A stretch of DNA of 64,000 bases from Verrucomicrobiales bacterium (GTDB lineage: Bacteria > Verrucomicrobiota > Verrucomicrobiia > Limisphaerales > SXTU01), in contig SXTU01000174.1 in the NCBI GenBank assembly GCA_005791875.1, forward strand, positions 9-64,008, read 5' to 3'. A program made the translations under genes and the position numbers. Below the pieces are notes generated by a model. That model did not search any database. It saw only the letters and a program-made list of their open reading frames with translations, and was not told where the DNA came from. Shown here piece by piece: positions 55,729 to 64,000 of the stretch; within the stretch, counting starts at the first letter, position 1, and the number at the start of each line of letters is the position of its first letter.

Positions 55729-57411
55729 CTATTCGCCGACGACTGCCTTCTTGGTCTGCGTCTGGAGCGGGGCCATGACACCGGAGCGTTCGACCTCGCG
55801 GCTCAACCACTCGCGGAAGGCGTAGTTGGCGCGATTGTCGCGGAGCGACTCGGTGTATTTGGGCAGCTCAAGTTTCACCTGAAGGTCTGGCACGGGCTGG
55901 AAGCCCTTCACGTGGGCGATGAAGCCGCCACCGCTCGTCGGACGGAAGCTGCTGACCTTGCCGGCGGCCAGTGTGAAGACAAGATCGCGAAACTCCTCGG
56001 CCATCAGCCCGCGGCTCTCGACGATCTCAATGCTCTTCGCGTTACGGCTGAAGGGCGGCACTTCCAGCGCGACGTGGCCGAGCGCCTCGCAGGCGTCCTT
56101 GAAGGACTTGCCCTTCGCGAGCGCGTCGTTGGCGGCCTGCACGAGCTTGGTGCCTTCCTGTAGCGTGAGTTCGGTGGACTGCGCGCGGCGATAATCTTCA
56201 GTGACCTTGGCCTTCACTTGCTCGAAGGGCGGGTCCACCGGCTTGAGGCGATCCTTAAACGCCATCAGATACACGCCGTCAATGCCGCCGATGGGCAGGC
56301 CCAGCGCCTCGTCGGCGGACAGGCCGAAGGCGGTGCGGGCGAAGTTCGCCGGGGCGTTCGTCAGCGCGGGGCCATCCATCTCGGTGAACGGCTCGGTGGC
56401 CTTGGCCACAAATCCCTTTTCGGCGGCGTGCTTCAGCAGGCTGGCTGCCTGGTTCGGGAGCTTGAACAACTCGTTGGCAAACTCGCCGGCCTTCTGGCCG
56501 CCCAGACGTGCAGCTGTCTGGTCGAGGAACTCCGAGCGGATTTTGGTCTTCGCCTGGTCGAAGGTCAGGGCCGTGCCGTTCGTGTCACGGTAGCGGAAGG
56601 TGTTGGTCGCGTGGTGCGCCTGCAGCAGCGCCGTGAGGTTGGTGTTCGCCGCGAGGAGCTTGTCCGCCTCGGCGGTGAAGTTCGTGTAGGGGAAATAGAC
56701 GTAGTGGACCGACACGCGCTCGGAGATGCGGTAAGCGGTGAGGTTGTTCGTGTGGTAGGCGCGGAGCTGGGCGTCGTCGAGCTTCACCTTGGCGAGGTTG
56801 TTCGAACTGGCGAGGAAGACGAACTCGGTCGCTGCCGACTCGTTCTCGCGGCGATAGAAGCCTTCGGCTGCACGGTCGGTGATGAGCTTGCCGGAGGCCC
56901 CGAACAACCGCGCAAGCTGCTGCCGGCCCAAGTCGTTCTTGAGAAAACGCTCGAAGCTCGCCTCGGCCACGCCGCCCAAGGCGAGGCGCTGCTTCACGAA
57001 CGCGTCATACTGCTGCGGGTTGAACGCGCCGGTCTCCGACGTGGTGAAGATGTTGATGATCTCCTGCGCCACTGCCTTGTCGCCCACGTCAATGCCATGC
57101 TGCTTGGCCAGATGGTTCATCAAAAGCCTCTGCCGGGCCTCGCTGTCGAGGTTGAAGCCGAACATCCGCGCGCGTTCGTCGCGTTCCGGCCACTGGCCAC
57201 CGCTCATGAAAAAGTAGCCAATGCGGGCGTCCGTGTAGGCCTGGGCGAGGTCATCGCGCTTGATGGTCTGGCCGTAGATGGTGCCGAAGTTCTCTTCGAC
57301 ATTGCCGCGACCGCCACCGGGATTGGTGTCCCAGAAGACGAAGGTGACAATCACCACGAAGATGACGATGCCCCAGAGCCACTTTGAATGCTTGCGTATC
57401 GTTCCAATCAT
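55729..57411 (-). CDS. PpiD/SurA-like periplasmic chaperone / peptidyl-prolyl isomerase
   Basis: MIGTIRKHSKWLWGIVIFVVIVTFVFW is the N-terminal anchor typical of PpiD. 560 aa with a SurA-N-like helical body. Confidence 0.7.
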   Translation of the reverse strand: MIGTIRKHSKWLWGIVIFVVIVTFVFWDTNPGGGRGNVEENFGTIYGQTIKRDDLAQAYTDARIGYFFMSGGQWPERDERARMFGFNLDSEARQRLLMNHLAKQHGIDVGDKAVAQEIINIFTTSETGAFNPQQYDAFVKQRLALGGVAEASFERFLKNDLGRQQLARLFGASGKLITDRAAEGFYRRENESAATEFVFLASSNNLAKVKLDDAQLRAYHTNNLTAYRISERVSVHYVYFPYTNFTAEADKLLAANTNLTALLQAHHATNTFRYRDTNGTALTFDQAKTKIRSEFLDQTAARLGGQKAGEFANELFKLPNQAASLLKHAAEKGFVAKATEPFTEMDGPALTNAPANFARTAFGLSADEALGLPIGGIDGVYLMAFKDRLKPVDPPFEQVKAKVTEDYRRAQSTELTLQEGTKLVQAANDALAKGKSFKDACEALGHVALEVPPFSRNAKSIEIVESRGLMAEEFRDLVFTLAAGKVSSFRPTSGGGFIAHVKGFQPVPDLQVKLELPKYTESLRDNRANYAFREWLSREVERSGVMAPLQTQTKKAVVGE

Positions 57412-57803
57412 AATAGGGCCGAAAAATTCAGGGCGGAAACCTAGCCGCGCGTTCGCAGGCCGGTCAAACCTTAAAGCGGACGAACGGCTGCCCTGCGGTG
57501 GTGTTCACGAAGCGATGGCAAAGGGATGGGGGCATGGGAATGAATCCCTCGGGGATGGATTCCTCTGCCCCCATTCCTCTGCCAACACTCGGACGGGATC
57601 AGCCCATCGCGCTGGGGTGAAAGCGGGTAAAGTTTCCAGAGAGAAATCGCTCCCACGTCCGAATCGCTTGCGCTCACGGTGGTTTTCAACGGCGGTGAAT
57701 TGGCCTTGGCTGCCCTGCGGACACACATCGATTCCGCCGACCGACATCACTGAGAATACCCGGACGCCAAGCCGCGTCTGAGACTGCAACTAACTTTTCT
57801 GCC

Positions 57804-59180
57804 ATGCTCAACCTCTTCGGACAACGGATCGCCGGCAACGCCCACTGCGATGGCATCGCGCGCCGCGAGTTCCTCAAGATCGGCGGCATGGCGGCGGGCG
57901 GCCTCTCACTCGCGCAACTCCTGAAGCTGGAGGCGCAGGCCGACACGGGCCGCTCCCACAAGGCGGTCATCAACATCTACCTCCCGGGCGGGCCGTCGCA
58001 CATTGACATGTTCGACCTGAAGCCCAACTCGCCCCGCGAGATTCGCGGCGAGTTCCGGCCCATCGCCACCAACGTCCCCGGCATGGAGATTTGCGAGTTG
58101 TTCCCGCGCCTGGCCAAGATGGGCGATCAGTTCGCGCTCATACGCTCGCTGGCGGACTCCGACGGCGCGCACGACTGCTTCCAGTGCATGACCGGCCGCA
58201 CGCAGAAGGAGAAGCGCACCGCGCCCGCAGGCGGTTGGCCGAGCTTCGGCGCGTGTGTCTCGAAGGCTCAAGGCTCCGTGGCCGGCACGCCCGCGCATCT
58301 CTCGATAATGTATCCCACCGGCAATCGCACTTGGGGCGAGCCCGGCGATGGCGGCTTCCTGGGTCACTCCCACGCGCCGATGCAACTCGTCGCCAAAGAC
58401 CCCCATGCGCGCGTGCAGAATCTCACCCTCCAAGGCATCACGCTCGACCGCCTGCAAGACCGCGAGCGCCTTCGCACGGCCGTGGACCAGTTCCGTCGCG
58501 ATGCCGATGCCGCCGGCCAGATGGATGGCCTCGACAGTTACAACCAGCAGGCGCTGGGCATCCTCTGCGACTCCAAGCTCACCGCCGCGCTCGACTTGTC
58601 GAAGGAACATCCCGAAGTCGCCGCGCGTTACGGCCTGAACGACGACCGCTATATGCGCGACGGCGCGCCGCGCATGATCCGCAACTTCCTCGTCGCCCGC
58701 CGCCTCGTGGAAGCGGGCGCGCGCGTGGTGTCGCTGAACTACAGCCGCTGGGACTGGCACGGCGGCGACGGCATGAACTTCCCCAGCTCGCGCGAGGAGT
58801 TCCCGCTGCTCGATCAGGGCCTCTCCGCGCTGCTCACGGACTTGAAGGAGCGCGGCCTGAGCCGTGACGTGGCCGTGGTGATGTGGGGCGAGTTCGGTCG
58901 CACGCCCAAGATCAACAACATGAACAGCCGCGACCACTGGCCGCGCGCGAACTTCGCCTTCCTCGCCGGCGGCGGCATGAAGACCGGCCAGGTCATCGGC
59001 TCGACCGACCGCAACGGCGCAGACGTGGCCGACCGGCCCGTGAAGTTCCAGGAAGTCTTCGCGACGCTTTACCACTGCCTCGGCATTGACACTTCCACGG
59101 CGACCATGACGGACACGTCTGGTCGCCCGCAGTATCTTGTGGACTCCGGCATCACGCCGATCCGCGAGCTGGTCGGCTGA
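57804..59180 (+). CDS. DUF1501 (sulfatase-like) protein with a Tat-type leader
   Basis: ARREFLKIGGMAAGGLSLAQLL, then INIYLPGGPSHIDMFDLKP and a C-terminal SRDHWPRANFAFLAGGGMKTGQVIGSTD, the canonical DUF1501 pattern. Confidence 0.9.
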   Translation: MLNLFGQRIAGNAHCDGIARREFLKIGGMAAGGLSLAQLLKLEAQADTGRSHKAVINIYLPGGPSHIDMFDLKPNSPREIRGEFRPIATNVPGMEICELFPRLAKMGDQFALIRSLADSDGAHDCFQCMTGRTQKEKRTAPAGGWPSFGACVSKAQGSVAGTPAHLSIMYPTGNRTWGEPGDGGFLGHSHAPMQLVAKDPHARVQNLTLQGITLDRLQDRERLRTAVDQFRRDADAAGQMDGLDSYNQQALGILCDSKLTAALDLSKEHPEVAARYGLNDDRYMRDGAPRMIRNFLVARRLVEAGARVVSLNYSRWDWHGGDGMNFPSSREEFPLLDQGLSALLTDLKERGLSRDVAVVMWGEFGRTPKINNMNSRDHWPRANFAFLAGGGMKTGQVIGSTDRNGADVADRPVKFQEVFATLYHCLGIDTSTATMTDTSGRPQYLVDSGITPIRELVG

Positions 59181-59280
59181 AGATTCTCCAGTCGAACGCC
59201 TGCCCCCTACATCCTGCTGCGTTGGGTCGCCGGCAAAATTTTCTTCTGTGGACGCGGAGGTTCCGCCACTCTCCGCCACC

Positions 59281-61011
59281 ATGAATCTGCTGCCATTCTC
59301 GAATCTTCCCACCCACGCGCCGCGCCGCTTTGTGCCCGCGCAGATTGACCTAGGCGACTGGACGCAAATCGCCCCGCTCTTCGACCGGCTCGATGCTCGC
59401 GCCGCACTGTGCCGGTCGCTCGCCGAGTTCGAGCAGTGGATTCTCGATCAGGGCGAACTCGCCGCCGCGCTCGACCAGGAGGGAAGCCAGCGCTACATCG
59501 CGATGACCTGCCACACGGACAGCCCGGAGGCGGAGGCGGCTTACCTGCACTTCGTCGAAAAGGTCGATCCGGAGCTGAAGCCGCGGCAATTCAACTTGGC
59601 GAAGCTGTTTCTCGCGCACTCGCTTCGCGCGCAACTCGACAAGCGTCGCTACGAAGTCTTCGACCGTGACACCGCGCTGCTCGTCGAGCTGTTCCGCGAG
59701 GAGAACGTCCCGTTGCAGACGGAGGAGGCCAAGCTCGGCCAGCAGTATCAGAAGCTCTCCGGCTCGCTCACGGTAAACTTCCGCGACGAGGAGAAGACGC
59801 TCGTCCAGATGGGCCGCCACTTGGAGGAACCAGACCGCGCGCTCCGCGAGGAAGCCTGGACCCTCGTCGCGCAGCGGCGCTTGCAGGAGGCGGACAAGAT
59901 CGAGGAGCAGTTCGAGGCGATGCTGCAGGTCCGCGAGCAGATCGCCCGCAACGCCGGATTCGCGAACTACCTCGATTACGCCTTCCGCGCGAAGGGCCGC
60001 TTCGACTACACGGCTGCGGACTGCGTCAAGTTCCACTCCGCCGTGGACACGGAGTTCATGCCCGTCGTGCGCTTGTTGCAGGCAGAGCGCAAACGCCAGC
60101 TCGGCGTGGACGCGCTGCGTCCGTGGGACACCGCCGTTGACCCGCTCAACCGCGCGCCGCTGCGTCCCTTCACGGACGTGGACGAGATGGTCACGCGCAC
60201 GCAGCGCGTCTTCGACCAGGTGGATGCCGAGCTCGCTGGTGGCTTCGCCCAGATGCGTGACCTGAAACTCCTCGACCTCGCGAACCGCAAGGGCAAGGCC
60301 CCCGGCGGCTACCAGTCCACGCTCGCCGAGGCGCGGCTGCCCTTCATCTTCATGAACTCCGTCGGTGTGCAACGCGACGTGGACACGATGCTCCACGAAG
60401 CCGGCCACGCCTTCCACACGCTCGCGGCGAAAGGCGAGGACCTCTACGCATATCGCGGCGCGCCGATTGAGTTCTGCGAAGTCGCGAGCATGGCGATGGA
60501 GCTCCTCGGCAACAAACACCTGGAAGAATTCTACGCCCCCGCCGAGGCGAACCGCGCGCGCAAGACGCACCTCGAAGGCATCATCGGCTTCTTCCCGTGG
60601 ATGGCGACCGTGGATGCGTTCCAGCACTGGATCTACTCGCACCCCGGCCACACGCGCGCCGAGCGCACCGCCGCGTGGCTCGCGCTGATGGACCGCTTCG
60701 GCGGCGACGTGGGCTGGACCGGCCACGAGTCCGCGCGGGCGAACCTCTGGCACCGCCAACTCCACATTTTCCTCCACCCGTTCTACTATGTGGAATACGG
60801 AATCGCGCAGCTCGGCGCGCTGCAAGTCTGGGCGAACTCCCACCGCGACCCGGTGAAGGCACTTCGTGATTACAAAGCCGGCCTTGCCCTCGGTGGCTCC
60901 CGTCCGTTGCCGGAACTCTTCGCCGCCGCCGGCTGCCGCTTCGACTTCAGCGCTGAGACGGTGCGGCCGCTCGTGGCGCTGACGCGGAGCGAACTTGCGA
61001 AGTTGAACTAG
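59281..61011 (+). CDS. pepF: M3B-family oligoendopeptidase F
   Basis: ATG at 59281. The zinc motif is HEAGHAFH with a downstream E (EVASMAMEL). About 576 aa. Confidence 0.85.
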   Translation: MNLLPFSNLPTHAPRRFVPAQIDLGDWTQIAPLFDRLDARAALCRSLAEFEQWILDQGELAAALDQEGSQRYIAMTCHTDSPEAEAAYLHFVEKVDPELKPRQFNLAKLFLAHSLRAQLDKRRYEVFDRDTALLVELFREENVPLQTEEAKLGQQYQKLSGSLTVNFRDEEKTLVQMGRHLEEPDRALREEAWTLVAQRRLQEADKIEEQFEAMLQVREQIARNAGFANYLDYAFRAKGRFDYTAADCVKFHSAVDTEFMPVVRLLQAERKRQLGVDALRPWDTAVDPLNRAPLRPFTDVDEMVTRTQRVFDQVDAELAGGFAQMRDLKLLDLANRKGKAPGGYQSTLAEARLPFIFMNSVGVQRDVDTMLHEAGHAFHTLAAKGEDLYAYRGAPIEFCEVASMAMELLGNKHLEEFYAPAEANRARKTHLEGIIGFFPWMATVDAFQHWIYSHPGHTRAERTAAWLALMDRFGGDVGWTGHESARANLWHRQLHIFLHPFYYVEYGIAQLGALQVWANSHRDPVKALRDYKAGLALGGSRPLPELFAAAGCRFDFSAETVRPLVALTRSELAKLN

Positions 61012-61042
61012 CGCCTCTCGCGGCAGGAACCAGCTTTGCGGT

Positions 61043-62125
61043 TCACTTCTCCACCGGCTTGCCCGCCGCTTTCCAACCGTTGAAGCCGGGCGCGAGGTCC
61101 ACCACGGACTTGAAGCCCAGCGCCTTCATCTGCTCCGCCGCGTTCGCGCTGCGGCGTCCGGCGGCGCAGTGGACGAGGTAGGTCTTGGACTTGTCCAGCG
61201 CGGTCACCTGCTTCTCGAAGCCCGCGTCCAGCACGTCCAGGTTCACCGCGCCGGGGATGTGCCCGTCCTTGAACTCATCCGCCGTCCGCACGTCGAGCAC
61301 GGTGAGCTTCCGCTCCTGCCAGAGCTTATCGAAGTCATCAACGCCCACGCGGCGGAAGCCCGTGGGCCTCGCCGCCGCCGCCGGTTCGGGCTGCGCGAGC
61401 GCCCACTGCACCGCGTTCAAGATTAGCCGGTCGAACGACTCGGTCCCAAATTCCTGCGGATGGCCGAGCGACGTGTAGAACACGGGCGCGCCTTGGTAGC
61501 TGTGCGTCCAAGCCACCGGCTCGGCGGGCTTGCCCTCAACGGAACCCATGAGCAAAACCTTCGACCCCTCGGGCAGCGGGCTGTTCCGGTAGAGCGAGCC
61601 GGGGCTGGCGAACTCCTTCGCCACGCCCGCGAGAATCGGATGCGCCGCCGCCTCGGGCAGCACACGGACGGTCGTCGCGAGCTTGTTGTTGTGATGGTTC
61701 TGGTAATTGCCGCCGAGCACCTCGCGGTCCCACTCCTTCCAGTTCTGGAACGCGTGGCTCGCTGTGCGCAGGCCGATGATTGGCTTGCCCGACGCGGCGA
61801 ACTTCTTGAAGTGCGCGAGCTGTTCGTCAGGCAGCGTCATGCGCCGGATGTAAATGATTGCGAGGTCCGCCGTGTCGAGCGCTTCGAGTCCGGGGATGTC
61901 GTTCACGTTCGTCCCCGGCTTGCGTTCGAAGTAAATGCACTTTGCGCCGAGCTTGGCTTCGAGCCGCGTCTTGAGCACAGGCAACGTCACGGCGGACTTG
62001 TATTCCAGCTCGCCGCTGATGAGAACGATGGTGGGCTTCCTGGCCGGGGCGGCGGCTTGGGCGGAAGCGCAAACCAGCGTCAGGACGACCATGCACAAGG
62101 CGGAGCGGACAAACGATTGCATCAT
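61043..62125 (-). CDS. Secreted ThuA-like domain fused to a C-terminal rhodanese domain
   Basis: ATG at 62125 with signal peptide MMQSFVRSALCMVVLTLVCASAQA. ThuA-like segments: TIVLISGELEYKS.., WTHSYQGAPVFYTSLGHPQEF. Rhodanese segments: LDVRTADEFKDGHIPGAVNL, active-site loop HCAAGRRS. Confidence 0.75.
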   Translation of the reverse strand: MMQSFVRSALCMVVLTLVCASAQAAAPARKPTIVLISGELEYKSAVTLPVLKTRLEAKLGAKCIYFERKPGTNVNDIPGLEALDTADLAIIYIRRMTLPDEQLAHFKKFAASGKPIIGLRTASHAFQNWKEWDREVLGGNYQNHHNNKLATTVRVLPEAAAHPILAGVAKEFASPGSLYRNSPLPEGSKVLLMGSVEGKPAEPVAWTHSYQGAPVFYTSLGHPQEFGTESFDRLILNAVQWALAQPEPAAAARPTGFRRVGVDDFDKLWQERKLTVLDVRTADEFKDGHIPGAVNLDVLDAGFEKQVTALDKSKTYLVHCAAGRRSANAAEQMKALGFKSVVDLAPGFNGWKAAGKPVEK

Positions 62126-62189
62126 GGGCAAGTCATAGGCGCGGGCGTGGGACGTGTCCAGCCGCAAGCGGAACGCGCCAGCACTGACA

Positions 62190-62255
62190 TCTGTAGCGGC
62201 GGTCTGTGACCGCCGGGGTTCATCCGTTCGGCGCTCACAGAGCGCCGCTACAGTT
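62190..62255. repeat. REP-like hairpin, family E (CTGTAGCGGCG / CGCCGCTACAG type)
   Basis: ctgtagcggcggtctgtgaccgccgg ... ggcgctcacagagcgccgctacag. A relative lies at about 12335-12412 in the riboswitch-to-start spacer. Confidence 0.7.
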
Positions 62256-62321
62256 TCAAACATGGAACATCACTTCGCCTGCCCGCTTGCGGGTCAGGTT
62301 TGCCTGCGATACGCTCCGACC

Positions 62322-63728
62322 ATGAAAAAGTGGTTGATCCTCACGGCGGCGGTGTTGACGGGACTGGTCGCGCCCGTTGGTTTACGCGGAGCCGATGCGC
62401 CTGTGGTTGCGGCGAAGAAAGTTTACGTCCTCCCCATCCGCGACGACATCATGCCGCCGCTGGTTTACGTGGTGCGACGCGGTGTGAAGGAGGCGATGGA
62501 GGCCAAGGCCGACGTGCTCGTGCTCGACATGGAGACCAACGGCGGCCGCGTGGACGTGACCGAGGAGATCATCAGCATCATAAGCAAGTTCCCCGGCAAG
62601 ACCGCGACGTTCGTGAACAAGAAGGCGTTCAGCGCCGGCGCCTTCATCGCCTTCGCCACGCAGAAGATTTACATGGCCCCGCAAAGCGTCATCGGCGCGG
62701 CGGCCCCGGTGATGGCCGCGCCGGGCGGTGGAGTGCAGGACATCGGCGGCACGATGGAGATCAAGGCTTCCTCCGCCATCAGCGCCCTGGTCCGAGCCAA
62801 TGCCGAGAAGAACGGCCATAACCCCGCCGTCGCTGACGCGATGGTGAAGAAGACGACGAAGCTGGTCATTGACGATCAGGTCATCAACAAGGAGGGCGAA
62901 ATCCTGACGCTCACCAACAAGGAGGCGGAGCGCGAGTTCGGCACCCCGGCCAAGACGCTGCTCTCCGCCGGCACAGTCGAGTCCCTCGACGCACTGCTCA
63001 AGCAGCTTGGACCCTTTGAGGCAAAGTTCGTGCGCATCGAGTCGAGCGGCATGGAGAAGCTCGCGTCCTGGGTCAACACCATCAGTCCGCTGCTGCTCAT
63101 CATCGGCATCGCGGGAATTTACATCGAGTTCAAGACGCCGGGCTTCGGCCTGCCCGGCATCATCGGCATCTGCGCCTTCGCGATTTACTTCTTCGGCGGC
63201 TACGTTGCGGGGCTGACCGGTCTGGAGTGGGTGGCGGTGTTCATCGTGGGCGTCGCGCTCGTCGTGCTGGAGCTATTTTTCTTTCCGGGAACGCTCGTGC
63301 TCGGACTCGCCGGCTTCGGCCTCATCCTCGCGTCGCTCGTGATGGCGATGGTGGACATCTATCCGGGCGCGCCCAGCCTGCCGACGCTGCCGCAGTTGAC
63401 CGTGCCGCTGAACGACCTCGTGCTGGCGGCAGTGGGCGCGGCCGTGCTGATCCAGATCCTCAGCCGGGTGCTGCCCCGCACCAGCCTTTATCCCGCGCTG
63501 GTCTCGCAAGGCGCGAGCGGCGTGCAGACCGAGGCGGCCATCGCCACGGCCCAGCAACAGCACATCGGCATGGTCGGCGTCGCCATCTCGACGCTCCGGC
63601 CCGGCGGCAAGGCGCAGTTCGGCGACGAGATTCTGGACGTTGTCACCGAGGGCGACCTCATCGAGACAGGCCGCAAGGTCCGCGTCATCGGCAGCAGCGG
63701 ACACGAGGCGGTGGTCGAGGTGGTCTGA
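62322..63728 (+). CDS. NfeD-like membrane-bound ClpP-class serine protease
   Basis: ATG at 62322 with a signal peptide. ClpP-like N-domain (VLVLDMETNGGRVD..KKAFSAGAFIAFA), four TM helices and a C-terminal NfeD OB-fold (GKAQFGDEILDVVTEGDLIETGRKVRVIG). Confidence 0.8.
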   Translation: MKKWLILTAAVLTGLVAPVGLRGADAPVVAAKKVYVLPIRDDIMPPLVYVVRRGVKEAMEAKADVLVLDMETNGGRVDVTEEIISIISKFPGKTATFVNKKAFSAGAFIAFATQKIYMAPQSVIGAAAPVMAAPGGGVQDIGGTMEIKASSAISALVRANAEKNGHNPAVADAMVKKTTKLVIDDQVINKEGEILTLTNKEAEREFGTPAKTLLSAGTVESLDALLKQLGPFEAKFVRIESSGMEKLASWVNTISPLLLIIGIAGIYIEFKTPGFGLPGIIGICAFAIYFFGGYVAGLTGLEWVAVFIVGVALVVLELFFFPGTLVLGLAGFGLILASLVMAMVDIYPGAPSLPTLPQLTVPLNDLVLAAVGAAVLIQILSRVLPRTSLYPALVSQGASGVQTEAAIATAQQQHIGMVGVAISTLRPGGKAQFGDEILDVVTEGDLIETGRKVRVIGSSGHEAVVEVV

Positions 63729-64000
63729 CGGAGCGCCGGTCTCCGTGCCGGCTTTGCGCGTTCCACCGGGCGAGGAGTGCGAATGGAACGCCGTCTCCAA
63801 GCCATCCCGAACTCCGAAGTTGGCGCTCCGATGGAGGATCACAAACCAGCCCGGGGCAACGCCCCGGGTTACCCGGCAAGGAGATTACAAGAACGGGCGA
63901 CACAAAATGTTCCGCCCCTTCAGGGCTGCGATCCTTCTATTCCGCTACCCGGGGCGTTGCCGCGGGCTGTCATGTCTGAGGCTTTCAGCCTCGACTTCGG

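Noticed and set aside
57412-57803. A 390-bp gap upstream of the DUF1501 gene, examined for an RNA gene or riboswitch.
   Set aside because: It contains only a REP-like hairpin (about 57529-57572) and a duplicated 13-mer (ggctgccctgcgg). It has no recognisable RNA family signature.

Overview
High-GC chromosomal window (about 60-65 % G+C by eye, not computed). The gene repertoire is that of the PVC superphylum, probably Verrucomicrobiota-like: PSCyt1/DUF1549 and DUF1501 proteins, a Pirellula/Verrucomicrobium-type haem-binding dehydrogenase-like protein, prepilin-type proteins and a BatA-E aerotolerance operon. I support about 50 protein genes, one tRNA and one riboswitch. Most other long ORFs in the six-frame track are Arg/Ala/Pro-rich shadow frames of these genes.

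Core blocks:
- 0.3-10.3 kb: secreted redox proteins.
- 10.4-12.6 kb: a SAM-I riboswitch in front of a ThrC-like / MoaD-ThiS-like / NIL-domain operon.
- 12.7-19.6 kb: DUF4381-batABCDE.
- 20.4-28.1 kb: trxA, gspF-like, class V aminotransferase, M20 amidohydrolase, FAD oxidoreductase, GNAT.
- 43.6-64 kb: TerC, cyclase, ABC-2 transporter, lpxK/lpxL-like/heptosyltransferase, yebC, rluA-family, PpiD-like, DUF1501, pepF, ThuA-rhodanese, NfeD-like.

The accessory part is 30.3-43.3 kb, a composite island at tRNA-Leu(UAA).
- It has a 37-nt att direct repeat, paired GTTATGC arm-type sites at both ends and two divergent tyrosine integrases.
- Its cargo is a lambda O/P-like replication module with iteron-like repeats inside the rep gene, a Phd/VapC pair translationally coupled to an unknown 344-aa gene, and an MmeI-family restriction-modification gene now in three pieces.
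- The strongest sequence-level observation is a 4.9-kb inversion bounded by a 10-nt inverted repeat. It splits the RM gene and the rep gene at once, and reversing it in silico restores both reading frames.
- A low-GC lipase cassette replaces part of the RM gene.

Other oddities:
- At least eight families of REP-like hairpins, several sitting in frame inside coding sequences (batC/D/E, the DUF1549 protein, the heptosyltransferase).
- An SGNH-like gene kept in one frame but carrying two in-frame TAG codons.
- A DUF1549 protein whose DUF1553 end is replaced by an Ig-like tail.

No CRISPR array and no rRNA were seen. I found no complete, clearly novel multi-gene system; the island cargo is the best place to look. 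All functional calls come from motif recognition by eye. No database search was run.
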